This document shows, piece after piece, positions 1-11,485 of a DNA stretch of 64,000 nucleotides. The notes below the pieces were generated by a model. That model was not told the origin of the DNA, searched no databases, and saw nothing but the letters and a program-made list of their open reading frames with translations. The stretch covers positions 133,507 to 197,506 of the forward strand of contig VRVR01000021.1 in NCBI GenBank assembly GCA_009859145.1. Direction: 5' to 3'. Each line of letters begins with the position of its first letter. The first letter of the stretch is position 1. The position numbers and the translations under genes are program-made. Source of the stretch: Andalucia godoyi And28 (lineage: Eukaryota; Protista; Jakobida).

Positions 1-5
1 CTAGC

Positions 6-803
6 ATGAAAAATCTTTCTCCAGCTCACGCTGCTTCTGCAAGCTCCTCAACAGCGGTTTCTTCGGGATCTTCTGCGCAAGTGCCGCAGGGTTCTCCAGC
101 GCACGGCGTGGATGCGTCTACTGCTACGGCGGTTCCGGTAGCCTCTTGTACGACACAGCAGTCTTCCACAGTCGAGTTGGAAAAGCCGCAATCTTCTGTT
201 CTTTTTGGTGTATCGGACTCTGCCGAGTCGGTTGAGGATAAGGGGGCAACGGATGGCCATTCTTCAGATTTCTCGCCTTCGTTTTCTCCCTCAGTCCTCA
301 CTTTTCCACGCCTTGTGGAGAAGGGCTGTGTTCTTCCTTTTGAGGAATTGGTTGTGCATTCCTCCGGGCCTGCGCACGTGGATAACTTGAATTCTGTATC
401 TTCTGATCAATTTATCCCCGTCGCGCGGCTAAACAAAGCTAATTATGCTACTGCTTGTTTAGTACGTGATGGAAAGGTCAGGCATTTTTCAACCGCTGAA
501 AAATTGATGGTGCACGTGTCTACTGTGTTGAACTGGGCATCCACAAATTCCACTGAAGACCTCCAGAATTTTGTGTACTTTCGAAAGCAAGTGGACGGTC
601 CTGTTCGACGGTTTCGAACTGTTGTGGAAGAGTGTTCGCGCCAGCCTGATGCTTCAAATACTACAACGCTGAAGAGACGTTTGAAGGATGAATCGGAACC
701 GGTGGTATCCACTCAGAAGCCGTCCGAGAGTGGAGAGTCTCCAGATCCCGGTGACGAAAGGTACCCAAAACGGTTTCGACGAAAGAAAGAATTTGCGGAC
801 TGA
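6..803 (+). CDS. Hypothetical protein (265 aa), Ser/Ala-rich N-terminus and charged C-terminus
   Basis: ATG-to-TGA ORF; converges on the next gene with a 43-nt gap between stops; no motif recognised; upstream context lies outside the window. Confidence 0.55.
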   Translation: MKNLSPAHAASASSSTAVSSGSSAQVPQGSPAHGVDASTATAVPVASCTTQQSSTVELEKPQSSVLFGVSDSAESVEDKGATDGHSSDFSPSFSPSVLTFPRLVEKGCVLPFEELVVHSSGPAHVDNLNSVSSDQFIPVARLNKANYATACLVRDGKVRHFSTAEKLMVHVSTVLNWASTNSTEDLQNFVYFRKQVDGPVRRFRTVVEECSRQPDASNTTTLKRRLKDESEPVVSTQKPSESGESPDPGDERYPKRFRRKKEFAD

Positions 804-846
804 CCGATTTTTTGTTTTCTAATCATCTGTTTGCTTGCGAGTAGTT

Positions 847-1758
847 TTATGCAAATTTCCGGTCTTGAAGAGGTTCTTTTTTGAGATAATCCGTCAATTT
901 TTGGGAAACCGTCTGAAAAACGTTGCCAGCTTTCAGCGTGACAAACGTCAATCGTTGATCTCCTACGTCACAACTTTGACTTGACAAACCATAATATGCC
1001 GCGGATGCATGAATGAAGCAACGCTGCCATGAATTCGCAGTGTAGATCACCAATGGATCAAGCAGTGCGTTTTGCTTGTGAAAGTGTTCTTCGTATTGTT
1101 GCTCGAGGCGTCTCAGGAACGCAGAGTCAGTTCCGTATGTTTTCACGAATGACCGAAGTGTTCGAGGAACGTTTCTCATGCGGTCCACAGCAGTGCACCC
1201 ATTTCCATCTGCATTCTTTTTTCTGTCTTTCTTCACAAAGAATTCCCGCTGCTCCGTTTCTGACAACTTTGAAAACGGTTCCCAAAATGCAACGAAATCG
1301 GGGTTCTGAAACGCCATACCAAAAATCGATCGGAAAGGGACTGTTTGTACAAGTTGTTCATCATCTGAATCCGCTGACGTGGCATCAGATTTCAGATCGT
1401 CTTGAAATAAAGGTACGGGTTTCATTCTGGCAGTTCGAACGTTTCCGCGCAGCCGCATTGCTTCTTTGTGATAACGCCGACGTCGTTTGCGAATGATTCG
1501 TTCCGATAACGGATCTCTGTTTTGTTGTTCGCCTGCAGAATCGACAGTTCCAGAGAGCGATTCCGCAGATCTTATATGAGGCGGTGAGCCAATACGATTC
1601 GATTCACGATCAGTGGGCTTGGGAGACGCCGTTCGACGAATTCGAATAGCATAGGAATTGCCCGTGGAATCGAACCCGGATTCCGATTCCGATTCCGAAT
1701 TCGAGATCATTCCATCAGACACAACATGCCGAGGAATTCGTTGAGAAAAGTCGCCCAT
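847..1758 (-). CDS. R3H domain protein, R3HDM4-like (R3H-associated N-terminal region plus R3H)
   Basis: R-x3-H motif in NSWQRCFIHASAAYYGLSSQS; basic RRRRRYHKEAMRL segment typical of the R3H-associated region; start reassigned to ATG 1758 because the ORF-track extension is low-complexity UTR. Confidence 0.72.
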   Translation of the reverse strand: MGDFSQRIPRHVVSDGMISNSESESESGFDSTGNSYAIRIRRTASPKPTDRESNRIGSPPHIRSAESLSGTVDSAGEQQNRDPLSERIIRKRRRRYHKEAMRLRGNVRTARMKPVPLFQDDLKSDATSADSDDEQLVQTVPFRSIFGMAFQNPDFVAFWEPFSKLSETEQREFFVKKDRKKNADGNGCTAVDRMRNVPRTLRSFVKTYGTDSAFLRRLEQQYEEHFHKQNALLDPLVIYTANSWQRCFIHASAAYYGLSSQSCDVGDQRLTFVTLKAGNVFQTVSQKLTDYLKKEPLQDRKFA

Positions 1759-2113
1759 TCGTCCAAGGTACGTGAGTGATGAAAGATAGATGAGGGAAAG
1801 GAAGAAGAGGAGGAGGAAGAAAGAAGAAGAAGAAGAAGCAACAATCCTGCAAACCAGAAAAAAGGCAGACCTTGTAGAGAACAATGGTTTCGGGAATTCG
1901 GATCAGGGCTTCAAATCACTTCAACTTGTCTGAGAAGAATCAAGCATAGCATCAATCCATGCTGTCCGTTACTTTTCAGACAGCGTTGTGGACGTGTTGT
2001 TGCTGAAACCTCTCCCTCACCCCTCCCCACCCCATCTCTTCCTTTGTGCATTTCAACATTTGTTTTTTCTTTGGCCGAACTTGGCAACTCGAATATTTTT
2101 TGTCTTTCACACA

Positions 2114-4576
2114 ATGTCTTCAGCCTCTGGGAGTGAAGATTCATACGGAAACCAGCAGTATCGTTCCATGGATGCACTTGAGCTTGATGACGGCATGGGC
2201 GAGGCACACGATCTGATTTCACCGTCCTCCTCTCCACGGGAACAGAACATTTCCGGACGTGTGCAGAATGCATCCACCGGCCCGCACATTCATGACACTT
2301 ACATGGACTCCAGTGAAATCGTCGATCAGCTGAACGTCTCGAGAGCCTATGCGGATAAACTGCAAAAGAAAGTACAGCAGCAAGCTTCCAAGCTGGTAGA
2401 GTGTCAGCAACGCATTCAAGACATGGAAGAGAAGTTTTCCGGCGCTAAAATCAGCTCAGTCAGTGTTGAGTTGCGTAAAGGCAAGGTCACCGGCGGAGGA
2501 TCTGGAAACTTTGCACCAAGCGAGATCGCTCGTCTCCAGAACATGATTCGGGATAGAGAGGCTCTCATGGAAAAACTGGAGAAAGAAGCCCGAACAGCCG
2601 AGAAGAGATGCGATGAATTCGCTAAACGGATCAGGGACTTGAAAAAGACAGCTGAAGATGCACAGAAAGAAGCGTCGTTGTGGAGAAAAAGAGCGAAGAT
2701 ACTTCAGGATGAGAAAGAAAACAAAGTTGACGACGAGCGACAGGAAAGCGATCTGGTCAGAGTTGCAGACATGGAAAAAGAGCAGGTATTTCGTTCAAAA
2801 ATTAAGTATTTGGAACAGTTGGTGAATTCTAAGGAGAGCGATTTGGCAAACGTTCGTGAACGACTGAGAATCGTTGAGAAAGGCATTTCTAAGAACGCTC
2901 AAGATGGAGATCCGTATCTTGCCTCTATCCAGGTAGCAGAATGGAAAGGAAAGTACGAAGCTCTTCAAGAAAATTTCGAAGCAGAGAAGCAAGAACGTGA
3001 GAGAGTCTCCACAATGTTCGACCAGAAGAAACGTGAGTTGGCGGCATCAGAAGCACGAGTTCGTGAATTTGATTCCACGTTTCGACAGATCACGCAGCAG
3101 ATTCAGAATAGTGGAACCGGAAGTAACGCGACTGTGTCTGCTTCTGTTGAGACTGTATTAGCGTGGAAACAGCAATTGGACTCCATGTCTTCGTATGTGC
3201 GTGATGCTGCACAGCTTCGCGTCCGGCACGAAGAATTGTTGCAGAAATATGAACAGTGCCGATCGGAATTAGAAGAACAGCAGTCCCTTCACTCGGAGCT
3301 TCTGGAGGCTCTCAGAGATTACAAATCAAAGGCGGAGCACGTGGAGGATGTTGAACGCGTCAATCAGGACCGTGCTCTTTTGATTACAAAACTGCAAGCT
3401 GACCTGTCTGGATTGCAAACTCAAGATGAGGAAGTAACGAAACTTAGATTGGAAACTGAAAGACTCAGAGCTGAGCGAGACGAATTCGAAGCCTCACTGC
3501 GAGAAATGTCCAACGAAATGGACAGAGTTGAGGCAGAATCCCTTCATGCTGTCAACCTCCGCAAAGAGTTTGAAACTTTTAAGAGTCAGTTCGAACGAAT
3601 TGTGCAGGAGAAGGCTTCAGAAAAACGGATTCTTTCTGAGGAGATTGCCCAGCTAAAGCAACGACGGGATTCCGAAAATGAAGACTCAGCATCGTATGTT
3701 GCAGATCTTGAAGACAAGATTGCTACTCTGAATAATGAAGCCGAAGCCATGGAGATTGAACTGCAGGAAAAAGAGCGATCTTTAAAAGAATTTGAGCGTG
3801 AACTTGCAACGACGCGCCAGGAATCCATCAAAATGCGAAACGAATATGAAGATGTGATTCAATCCTTGAAAGAGAGGTTGTCATCGCTGGAGTCGGACGG
3901 AAGGGAACACTGGCATACACAATGGTCTCGAAGCGAAGAACTACGCGGCGAACTGCGAGCGATGTACGATCAGGTATGCCGCGAAAAGAGTGCATTGGAG
4001 ATGCGTTATGCAGAATTGAGATATGAGTTTCAGATGATGCAGTTGCATTACGGAATTCAGCCGTCAGATGAACCTTCCACGCCTCCAGTCTTGAGCTCCG
4101 TCAAACGAAGCGGCCTGTCTCCTACGAGGAATGCTGTGTCTCGGTCAGTGCCGGTTCGGAATGAGGATGAACTGCTTCGATACTTTGAATCTTCTGGTCC
4201 GCTGACTGAAATGGAGAGTGGCATGCAGCTACACAAATCCCTGTCCCACAATGTCGCCCCTGTGGATGATATATTGGAACTGAGTTCAGATGAAGAAGGA
4301 CATCTTGCAGAACTTGATGACGGGTACTCGGAGACGTCTACTGACACCGTTTCCCTGCAACAGAAAGAAATCGAGAATTTGCAAGAGTCCCTTGCTCTGT
4401 CAAATGCAGCGCGAGCCCTGGTGCAAGGTGAATTGCAAAATTTGGCCTCGGAATCGGACAATGCGACCTTGGAAACAGTTGCCGAGACGGGCTTGCACCC
4501 TGCAGAAGATGTGCACAAGTCAAGTTTGCAGCAGCGGCTGGAGAGAGTCCGACGCACATTGTTAGGACGGTCTTGA
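2114..4576 (+). CDS. Long coiled-coil protein (about 820 aa), possibly centrosomal or cytoskeletal
   Basis: Long E/K/R/Q/L heptad-rich ORF; first ATG at 2114 follows ACACA; family not identifiable. Confidence 0.82.
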   Translation: MSSASGSEDSYGNQQYRSMDALELDDGMGEAHDLISPSSSPREQNISGRVQNASTGPHIHDTYMDSSEIVDQLNVSRAYADKLQKKVQQQASKLVECQQRIQDMEEKFSGAKISSVSVELRKGKVTGGGSGNFAPSEIARLQNMIRDREALMEKLEKEARTAEKRCDEFAKRIRDLKKTAEDAQKEASLWRKRAKILQDEKENKVDDERQESDLVRVADMEKEQVFRSKIKYLEQLVNSKESDLANVRERLRIVEKGISKNAQDGDPYLASIQVAEWKGKYEALQENFEAEKQERERVSTMFDQKKRELAASEARVREFDSTFRQITQQIQNSGTGSNATVSASVETVLAWKQQLDSMSSYVRDAAQLRVRHEELLQKYEQCRSELEEQQSLHSELLEALRDYKSKAEHVEDVERVNQDRALLITKLQADLSGLQTQDEEVTKLRLETERLRAERDEFEASLREMSNEMDRVEAESLHAVNLRKEFETFKSQFERIVQEKASEKRILSEEIAQLKQRRDSENEDSASYVADLEDKIATLNNEAEAMEIELQEKERSLKEFERELATTRQESIKMRNEYEDVIQSLKERLSSLESDGREHWHTQWSRSEELRGELRAMYDQVCREKSALEMRYAELRYEFQMMQLHYGIQPSDEPSTPPVLSSVKRSGLSPTRNAVSRSVPVRNEDELLRYFESSGPLTEMESGMQLHKSLSHNVAPVDDILELSSDEEGHLAELDDGYSETSTDTVSLQQKEIENLQESLALSNAARALVQGELQNLASESDNATLETVAETGLHPAEDVHKSSLQQRLERVRRTLLGRS

Positions 4577-5056
4577 CCGCTGGCAAGCAAACTACATCGC
4601 GTTTTCTAGACATGTCCCAACTTGCTATAGTAACCCACTCTTTCGTTTTTACCCTACCTTATCCCACTCTCAGCCGAAAATTTCAGACAATTCCATTCCG
4701 ATCGCCTTTTTTCATTCACACAAGTTCATCGGCATTCATTCGCCGGGAAGTTCATCCAACAGAAAGGACCCCCTCACGCTCACAGTTCTAAACTTCCGTC
4801 ACATCTGGATCGAGATTGGAAGAGCGCGCGCAATATCCCTTTTGAAGAACGCCTCGGCGCATTGGGACCCACCCCTTCTGAATTGAATTCACATTCGGTT
4901 CCGATGCAAGAGCGCATATGAATGGTCCGCAATGATCAGCCCATACGTCGTGTACAAATGTTGGCGTATTGACATGCATGCAATGACATTCAACTAGCAT
5001 TTACCATTGAGCACAGGGCCCCGACACTGGTTCAGACTTTACAACTCTGTCGCGAA

Positions 5057-6811
5057 TTATCGAAGATATCCAGGTCTTTCAATTGTAATATTAAATGATT
5101 TTCGAACCCAAGGGACATCAACATTATGGGAACCAGGACCAACCACCTCTTCAGTCTTGAGAGGATCGGAAAACCTCGAAGCCGCGCTGCCAAACTGTCC
5201 TCGGCCCTCAGCTGTTTTCGTGTTCGCATTTGCAGAAGAAAAGTCTTTCCGAAGAGAGTATTGTCCAGGGCCAGGCATTTCCGAAGCTTCCCGGCTACCA
5301 CGGAGAGACGCAGGGCCGAACCTGGGAGAAGTCGAAGTGAAAGCACTCTTCGACGGAGGAGAAGCGCGCCTAACAGGTTCACTGTCGTAGGAACCAGGAC
5401 CGGGAAAATGCTCTGCACGCTTCAAATCTCCTCCATACGTGTTGCGATCTGAACGAGAAACAAATACAGCCGATTTTCTTTGCTGCACTCGAATACGGTC
5501 AGGATGTGTGTCCACAATCGGGTTGTAGGACCCAGGAGAAGGCCCGCTAGACCTTGAAACTTCCTCATTATGATCAAACCGAGAAGATGTCGCGCCAAAA
5601 GCACCAAACCGTCCATGAGTGCGCTTTTTGGCTAGAGCAGCCATGGACATCGTTTCGGGGTTGTAGTACGAAAGAGGAGCAGAGGCGGCATCACTTTGAG
5701 GAACAGAAGCGAACCGCAGCGTTCCGGTCGCAAATCCGATACCAGGTCTGGAAAATGATCGATCCTTCTTTCCGGAATTGCTATCGAGCGTCGCTCCAGC
5801 GGAAAGATACGCTCCAGGACCGGGCATGGAGATGCGCTCGGAGTCAACCAATGTAGAATCACGCACAGATGTTGAACCAAAGCACTGAAGATGTTCGGCA
5901 CGATGCTGAACGCGGAAAGCTCCGGGGATTTCATAAGAACCAGGCCCAGGAGCAGTCTCTGCCGCCTTGATTTTCCGACTTGACGAATGCTGCGCTGACT
6001 GAGGTCGGACAAATGCAGCAGAAGGGCGCAGTGAGTCGAGATTTCCAGCAGTGATCCGCGAAGGAGGATCATACGAACCCGGTCCCGGAGACTTGGACTT
6101 CCCATCACCACCAGTAAAGATCACCCGATTGTCGTGAACGTTTCCGACAACGAGAGCTTTTGGATCAACAACACCCTCAAGACTCTGCCCAAGCTTTGAC
6201 GTCGTGATTTTCGGAGGAGCAAATGAAAAGCCTGACTTGGACCATTTAGACTGGGGATCGGGAACCGGTTCTTCCAGCTTTGTTTCAGTCGGCTTCTGCA
6301 TGATCAGCTCTCCAGATGGTCCTTCTTCGTATCCGAAACACTGATGCCTGGCAGGAACAGAAGGCGCACTTGGAACTTTAATCCACTGAAGAGTCGCATG
6401 AGAGTCTGGAATCCTGTCTTTCATTGATTGCTTTGGAGCCCATGAATCTGGTAAAACATAGGAACCGGGTCCTAAAGCGCTCGGCGTTGACTTGGAAACC
6501 TCGGTGGTGTGGCCGTTGGAATGAGACTTGAAAACAGAGCCATAGCCAGCTCCGTGAGAAGAGAAGGCAGAAGGGAGGTCATGCGATCCGGGACCTGGTG
6601 TGTGCAATGAAGTCACAGCAGCATTAGGACCGAAGTCTCGCTTGGAAGTACTCGAGAACGGTGCCAGGGAATGGGTGTGCTGGGGGTTTCTCGACGAATC
6701 GCCGGTCTTTGAGAACGCAGACGGAAAATCATAAGCTCCGGGCCCAACAGACGGGCTAGAGCTCGCCGCAATAAGCGACGTATTCCGAGATGATCTCGAG
6801 GTAAACGCCAT
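5057..6811 (-). CDS. Sperm-tail PG-rich (SHIPPO) repeat protein, STPG2/ODF3-like axonemal protein
   Basis: About 10 degenerate P-G-P-G-x-Y/H repeats, each preceded by F-x-S-x3-R-like segments. Confidence 0.85.
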   Translation of the reverse strand: MAFTSRSSRNTSLIAASSSPSVGPGAYDFPSAFSKTGDSSRNPQHTHSLAPFSSTSKRDFGPNAAVTSLHTPGPGSHDLPSAFSSHGAGYGSVFKSHSNGHTTEVSKSTPSALGPGSYVLPDSWAPKQSMKDRIPDSHATLQWIKVPSAPSVPARHQCFGYEEGPSGELIMQKPTETKLEEPVPDPQSKWSKSGFSFAPPKITTSKLGQSLEGVVDPKALVVGNVHDNRVIFTGGDGKSKSPGPGSYDPPSRITAGNLDSLRPSAAFVRPQSAQHSSSRKIKAAETAPGPGSYEIPGAFRVQHRAEHLQCFGSTSVRDSTLVDSERISMPGPGAYLSAGATLDSNSGKKDRSFSRPGIGFATGTLRFASVPQSDAASAPLSYYNPETMSMAALAKKRTHGRFGAFGATSSRFDHNEEVSRSSGPSPGSYNPIVDTHPDRIRVQQRKSAVFVSRSDRNTYGGDLKRAEHFPGPGSYDSEPVRRASPPSKSAFTSTSPRFGPASLRGSREASEMPGPGQYSLRKDFSSANANTKTAEGRGQFGSAASRFSDPLKTEEVVGPGSHNVDVPWVRKSFNITIERPGYLR

Positions 6812-9180
6812 AATCAAAATCGCCTACTAAGTTAAAATGGAATCTGATAATCCATATTCAGAATATCGATGCTTTAGAGCTTGGACGGTTGTTCTCTCTT
6901 TGAAATCTCGTCAGTTCCAAAAAGCACAGAAACCGTTTGCGACGGAGAATTGTCGGAGAATTTTCGATCCCCATCCCAGCAACTCCATTCACTACGAAAG
7001 CTGGAGTGCAGTTCAGGATGTTCATTTTCTTGGTAATGTCACGGTACACACCCAACGAACTAACAAACAGCAGCCTTTGTTAGTCAATATACGGAGGGGC
7101 TCCCTGATGCAGACCAAGAGCAACAGCGAAAATGCCACGTGACAGTTGCAACAACAAAAAAAAAAAATTAACGGATTGTGGTCAGGAGTTCTTTAAAAAT
7201 GAATGCCCAACAGTGCAGAAACGGGATCCTCTTTTAAACAAGAAGCACAAACCATTCTGCCAAAAGGTCGAATCTTCTAGGTTCAAACGCGCACTTTCTG
7301 AGAAAAGCTCTTGATCCAAAAAGTCTGCTTCCGACACCAACCGACACTCTCCACATATACGAACGCAAGTATGAACACACAGAAGAAACACACTCTTTCG
7401 CTCTCATTCACGCGATGTATGTGCGGGTGAGACATGAGATGTTACTGGGAGGACAGAGTGACGTAAAAACAAGAATACTGAACTGCCGTTCCGGAACGCA
7501 AACAGCAAACCTCGTCGAAAAGCACTGTTAGCAATCCCGCGGTTGCTGACGCCCTGCTGGGAGACGGGGAGCACGTCGAAGTGCAAAGTCTGGTCAATAA
7601 AAACACTCGGGAACAGCAGGACGGAGCGGATGTCCCACAACAGGTTTTCAGAAAACAATACGGCAACAAAAATGGCACCACTCGAACTACTGCACAAATA
7701 GGCGAAGTTGATCCGATGAAAGCCTGCGAGCAAGAGGCAGAACGCTGAATGTGCATGTCTATCATCGTCCATGTTTTTCCGACGGGGACAGCCAGCCTCG
7801 TTGAATACCTTTGGATGCCAAGGGATGCGCTAGCAGAAGAAAACCAATTTTGCCTGTCTCTCGGCTTCAACACGTAACACGATAATTCTGAATACTTGCT
7901 GAGCGACGCGAACGCTGACCAGGTGCATAATGTGTCTGAGACCGAATCTGCAGCCAGTTTCACCTGAAACTTCAGACGAATCGCAATACAGATACAAGTA
8001 GCTACGTTATCTGAGTGCACACAACAAAATGGTCTGTCTGCAGAGAGACGCGTCATAAGAATGAATCATAGAAAAAACTGCAACCGAGTTCCATATAAAC
8101 AGAGAATGGTGGGGAAATGATGGGTGGAGCTGGACCCTAACAGAACACAACTTTTCCAGTGGGCTGATGCTTTTGGTGAGCAACGACGACTACGCACCTT
8201 TCACAGCGCATTCTCAAAAAAAAAAATCAAGAGAACGGCTTCCATTTTTCCTGAAAATGGCGCTTCTTTGTTGTAGAGCGTTCTTGGCGAACTCAATTGT
8301 AGATGATGCGCAAGACAAACGCACGGTGGAAAAGATTGGTTATGTTTCTGCAATTCAGAGACGCAGGAGAACCGTTCGTTCCGGTTTGGCGAATGAACAA
8401 ATGCTATGCAGTAAGAGGTTAATCATTTGTCCAGACCTGGTGCTTTTTTGTCCTTTTCGGTGTTTGTGACAGCCATGAGGCATTTGCTCCTAGCTGCGCT
8501 TCCATAACAGGGTGGTTCAAGAAACACAGGTCCGGTCTGTGGTGTTCAGTCTAACATCAGCCTCACCCCTGGTCTATGCGACCGTGAGAGCGGAGCCACG
8601 CGGATTATAATCCATCTCGCTTACAATAATGTCTGCTTTTGTTTTTGGAAGTTTGCTTGCAGCGTATTCAAGGCTTGTATAGATGGAAGTTTAAATGCAA
8701 AGACGAGGTGGCTTACTGTCTACTCCTGCTGACGAACTGTCCCATGACTTGCTGACGTTTTTTTTTTTCAGCTGTCAGCTGCATGCTTTTTGATTGAAAA
8801 GCAAAATTTACAGTTTCATTTGCTTTGTTCACGCGCTTTCCGATAGTTGCGTTTGATGGGTTGTTTTCTTTCATCGCTTTTTCGCACTATTGCCGTATGT
8901 CTCCTCGCTGTCTGTGTTCTCAGAACGATCTTGATGTGGCATCCAGTTGTGATGATTGTTTTCCAATTGGTGAAGTCTCCCGTTGGCGAGATCCGATCGA
9001 TGACTGCTGTGACGTGTTCGTGCAGTTCCTCCTGTCGTGTAATTTCTCTTTAGACATGCATGGATGTCAACGGTGATTTGATAGACTTTGAGGTGACCGT
9101 TTGGGTTGGTGTTGAGAAACAGTGTCTCAACGGACTGCAGTCAACTCCGGCAGGGTACGATATCATGGTGATTTGTTGCG

Positions 9181-9248
9181 ACGTATGGTGTCACGTACGT
9201 ACATTACGACGTACAGCATGACGTACGTCATGACTTTTTTATGACGTA
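9181..9248. promoter_or_regulatory. Cluster of seven ACGT cores including the 16-bp perfect palindrome CATGACGTACGTCATG (9217-9232)
   Basis: ACGT at 9181, 9193, 9197, 9209, 9221, 9225 and 9244; resembles a bZIP (CRE/A-box) site array; function inferred. Confidence 0.4.
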
Positions 9249-9396
9249 TGAGGTTTCAGAGGAACAGTACCCCGTCTTCATATTTAAGAAGTTGTTTGTT
9301 TATTTGGTTATTTGTTTGTTTTGTTTTTATCCATAATAAATCTTTTTGACACAAACTATCTTTTATTAGCGCTGGTTATATCATATATTGGACATA

Positions 9397-9681
9397 TTAC
9401 AATAGTTGGTAGGTCCACTTATCCACACTGAAGCGAATCCTGACGCCACCGGTTTTCTCACGTTTGTGTGGATGGTCGGTTTGTTCAATTTTACGTTTTT
9501 CTAACCGTTCCGTCAAAAGTTGAACGTCCGACTTGATCTCTGCTGCTATCGCATGACCCAAGAAGTTGTTCAAAATTCTAGACTTCCGGAGGTTCCGCAT
9601 GAATTTTCCACGGGATTTTCTTAGACAGAGGCGAATCTCTGTTTTCATTTTCACGGGAAGCCCTTCCAGCTCTGCTTTCAT
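9397..9681 (-). CDS. Possible small basic protein (94 aa)
   Basis: ATG-to-TAA ORF with helical-looking composition, divergent from the gene starting at 9913; no homology recognised. Confidence 0.35.
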   Translation of the reverse strand: MKAELEGLPVKMKTEIRLCLRKSRGKFMRNLRKSRILNNFLGHAIAAEIKSDVQLLTERLEKRKIEQTDHPHKREKTGGVRIRFSVDKWTYQLL

Positions 9682-9912
9682 AATGTCTGCTATCTCTATT
9701 ACAAAAATGCTTGCCGTTTCCTAATATTTCTTGCTTGTTGTTTCTTCTGTAAATGCGATTGATTGCCGGACTTTTTGCCCACCCACCCTTCCCCCCTGCC
9801 CATTGCCAGGATCCGCGTCGCTTCTCCGTGAAGCCAGTCCTTTGTTTTGAAAAATATCCTGTTGTTGGTATTTCGATTGTATTCCTTCGTTGATCGCAAT
9901 TCACAGTCTGAA

Positions 9913-11485
9913 ATGTCATCCGGGAAACCTGCAGTGGTTGCGTCTGTTGCAACTCCCAAAAAGAAGTCCGTGGTATGTTCACCTCCTTTTGCTTGTTGCT
10001 TGTTTTCACCGACGCTAATTTGCTTTTCCACAGCCCGTTGTTATTTCGAAACGTGCCACTCCATCTCCGACATCGTCTGTCCCCGTGATCGTTGCAAGTC
10101 GGGGCAAGTCCCCTGTTCTTGACTCAAGTAGCCTGAATCGTAAACAGCGAGCTTCTCCTTCACAGAAGATCGCTGCCCGCGCAGAGTCGGATGCAGCTGC
10201 CGCTCACGAAAGTCGCACGTCTTCCGGACCTTCTCCTGTGAATGGCCCGGTTCGATTAGTGGATCCTTTCAATGATTTGATCCTTGATGAAACGGGACCT
10301 GAAATAGGTTTACAAGAAGATCCAGCAAGCGGCGACGTGTTTGGCGAGATTGTACGTAGAATGACGTCAGAGATGCAGAAGATGCTGCCACGCATTGTTG
10401 AGGAAACTCTTGCAGACACCATTGTGAAGCGCCATCCTGTGTCGTCTGATACCGGCTCCGGAACTCCACGGGTTGCTGACTATCTTCCGGGAAATTGGGA
10501 TGCTTTGATGGCGCGTTTCCTTGCAGAGAAGCATCCAGAGCTTTTGCAACAACAAATACTTCTGCAGTCTTCAGTTGTCTCGCTCTCTGTTGCCGAAATG
10601 GCGTATCAACAGCCGCAATACCAACTACACCAGTCTTCACAAATGCCCGGAGATCTTTCCGAAAGTATGGCCTCTTCATTCCCTCCAAAGGCGTCTCCGT
10701 TGTCGCCTGTGACTGCGTCGTCTCGGTCCGTCAGATCCTTATTGTTTCGGTCCGCTCAGAAGCGCACTCTGCGATCTCGATCCTTCGCAGCGTGCCCGGA
10801 TCCGACGACCCCTGCGAATCCTGCACATGTGCATAATGGTTGTGGTCCTGTCGGACATCACCGAGTTCCGTCGCTGGATTTGGAACGCGAGCTGGGACCC
10901 ATTTCTGATCCCGAAAAGGTAATCACTTCATCGTATGCGGAAGATTGCCGAGCTCCTGCCCCTGATCCAGATAGCATGTTGTTTGGACATGGTCACCACC
11001 AAGCGGCCTCTAATGCTGCGTCTCATCTTCCCAGAGAAGAGCGGAAGAAGAAACATGTTCGTCAACAGTCATCTCCCGGCGGCTCGAGTTCAAGCCTAGC
11101 CTTTTCTGCCTCCAGTAAGAGACGCATCGCGGATCCTTCTGACGACAGTTCCGTTGGCAGAGGTCTTTCGTATGAATCAGACCACCTTGCGGATGTCCAT
11201 GCAGAGTTTGGCCCAAGCGATGCGGCTGCTGCTGCGAATACTGACCGATATGAGCCTGTAATGCTGATTCCGGGACCTCCTCGATGGGAGCATGTGATGA
11301 AACCGCTTAATCTTGCGGCAGTACACAGTCCGTCTTGTTCAACTAACAGTTCACCTCTCGCCTCTCCAACCCCTCCGTTGAAGACGCTTCCTAACCAATC
11401 CCTGCAATCACCCCGATCGGCATTTCATCCTCCGCTGTCTCGACGATCCAGTTCGTCTAGTTCTTCCAGCCCTCGTAAGCGTTGA
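9913..11485 (+). CDS. Hypothetical Ser/Pro-rich, largely disordered protein; two exons (9913-9972, 10034-11485)
   Basis: Splicing of the 61-nt intron joins MSSGKPAVVASVATPKKKSV in frame to PVVISKR and the 466-aa ORF, which otherwise starts at GTG. Confidence 0.8.
9973..10033 (+). other. Spliceosomal intron, 61 nt, phase 0
   Basis: GTATGT donor, GCTAAT branch point, TTTTCCACAG acceptor; restores the frame. Confidence 0.85.

Noticed and set aside
1661-1685. tRNA T-arm / B-box-like GGGTTCGATTCC on the minus strand
   Set aside because: It lies inside the R3H CDS (ESGFDSTG); the T-stem has two mismatches and no acceptor, D or anticodon arms are present
4577-5056. Short ORFs (70-72 aa) in the convergent spacer after the coiled-coil gene
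   Set aside because: Non-ATG or weak starts and no motif; compatible with 3' UTR sequence
7442-8056. 204-aa Cys-rich minus-strand ORF
   Set aside because: Its C/S/L/V/F-rich composition is typical of an antisense shadow, and the opposite frame looks more protein-like; not called as a gene
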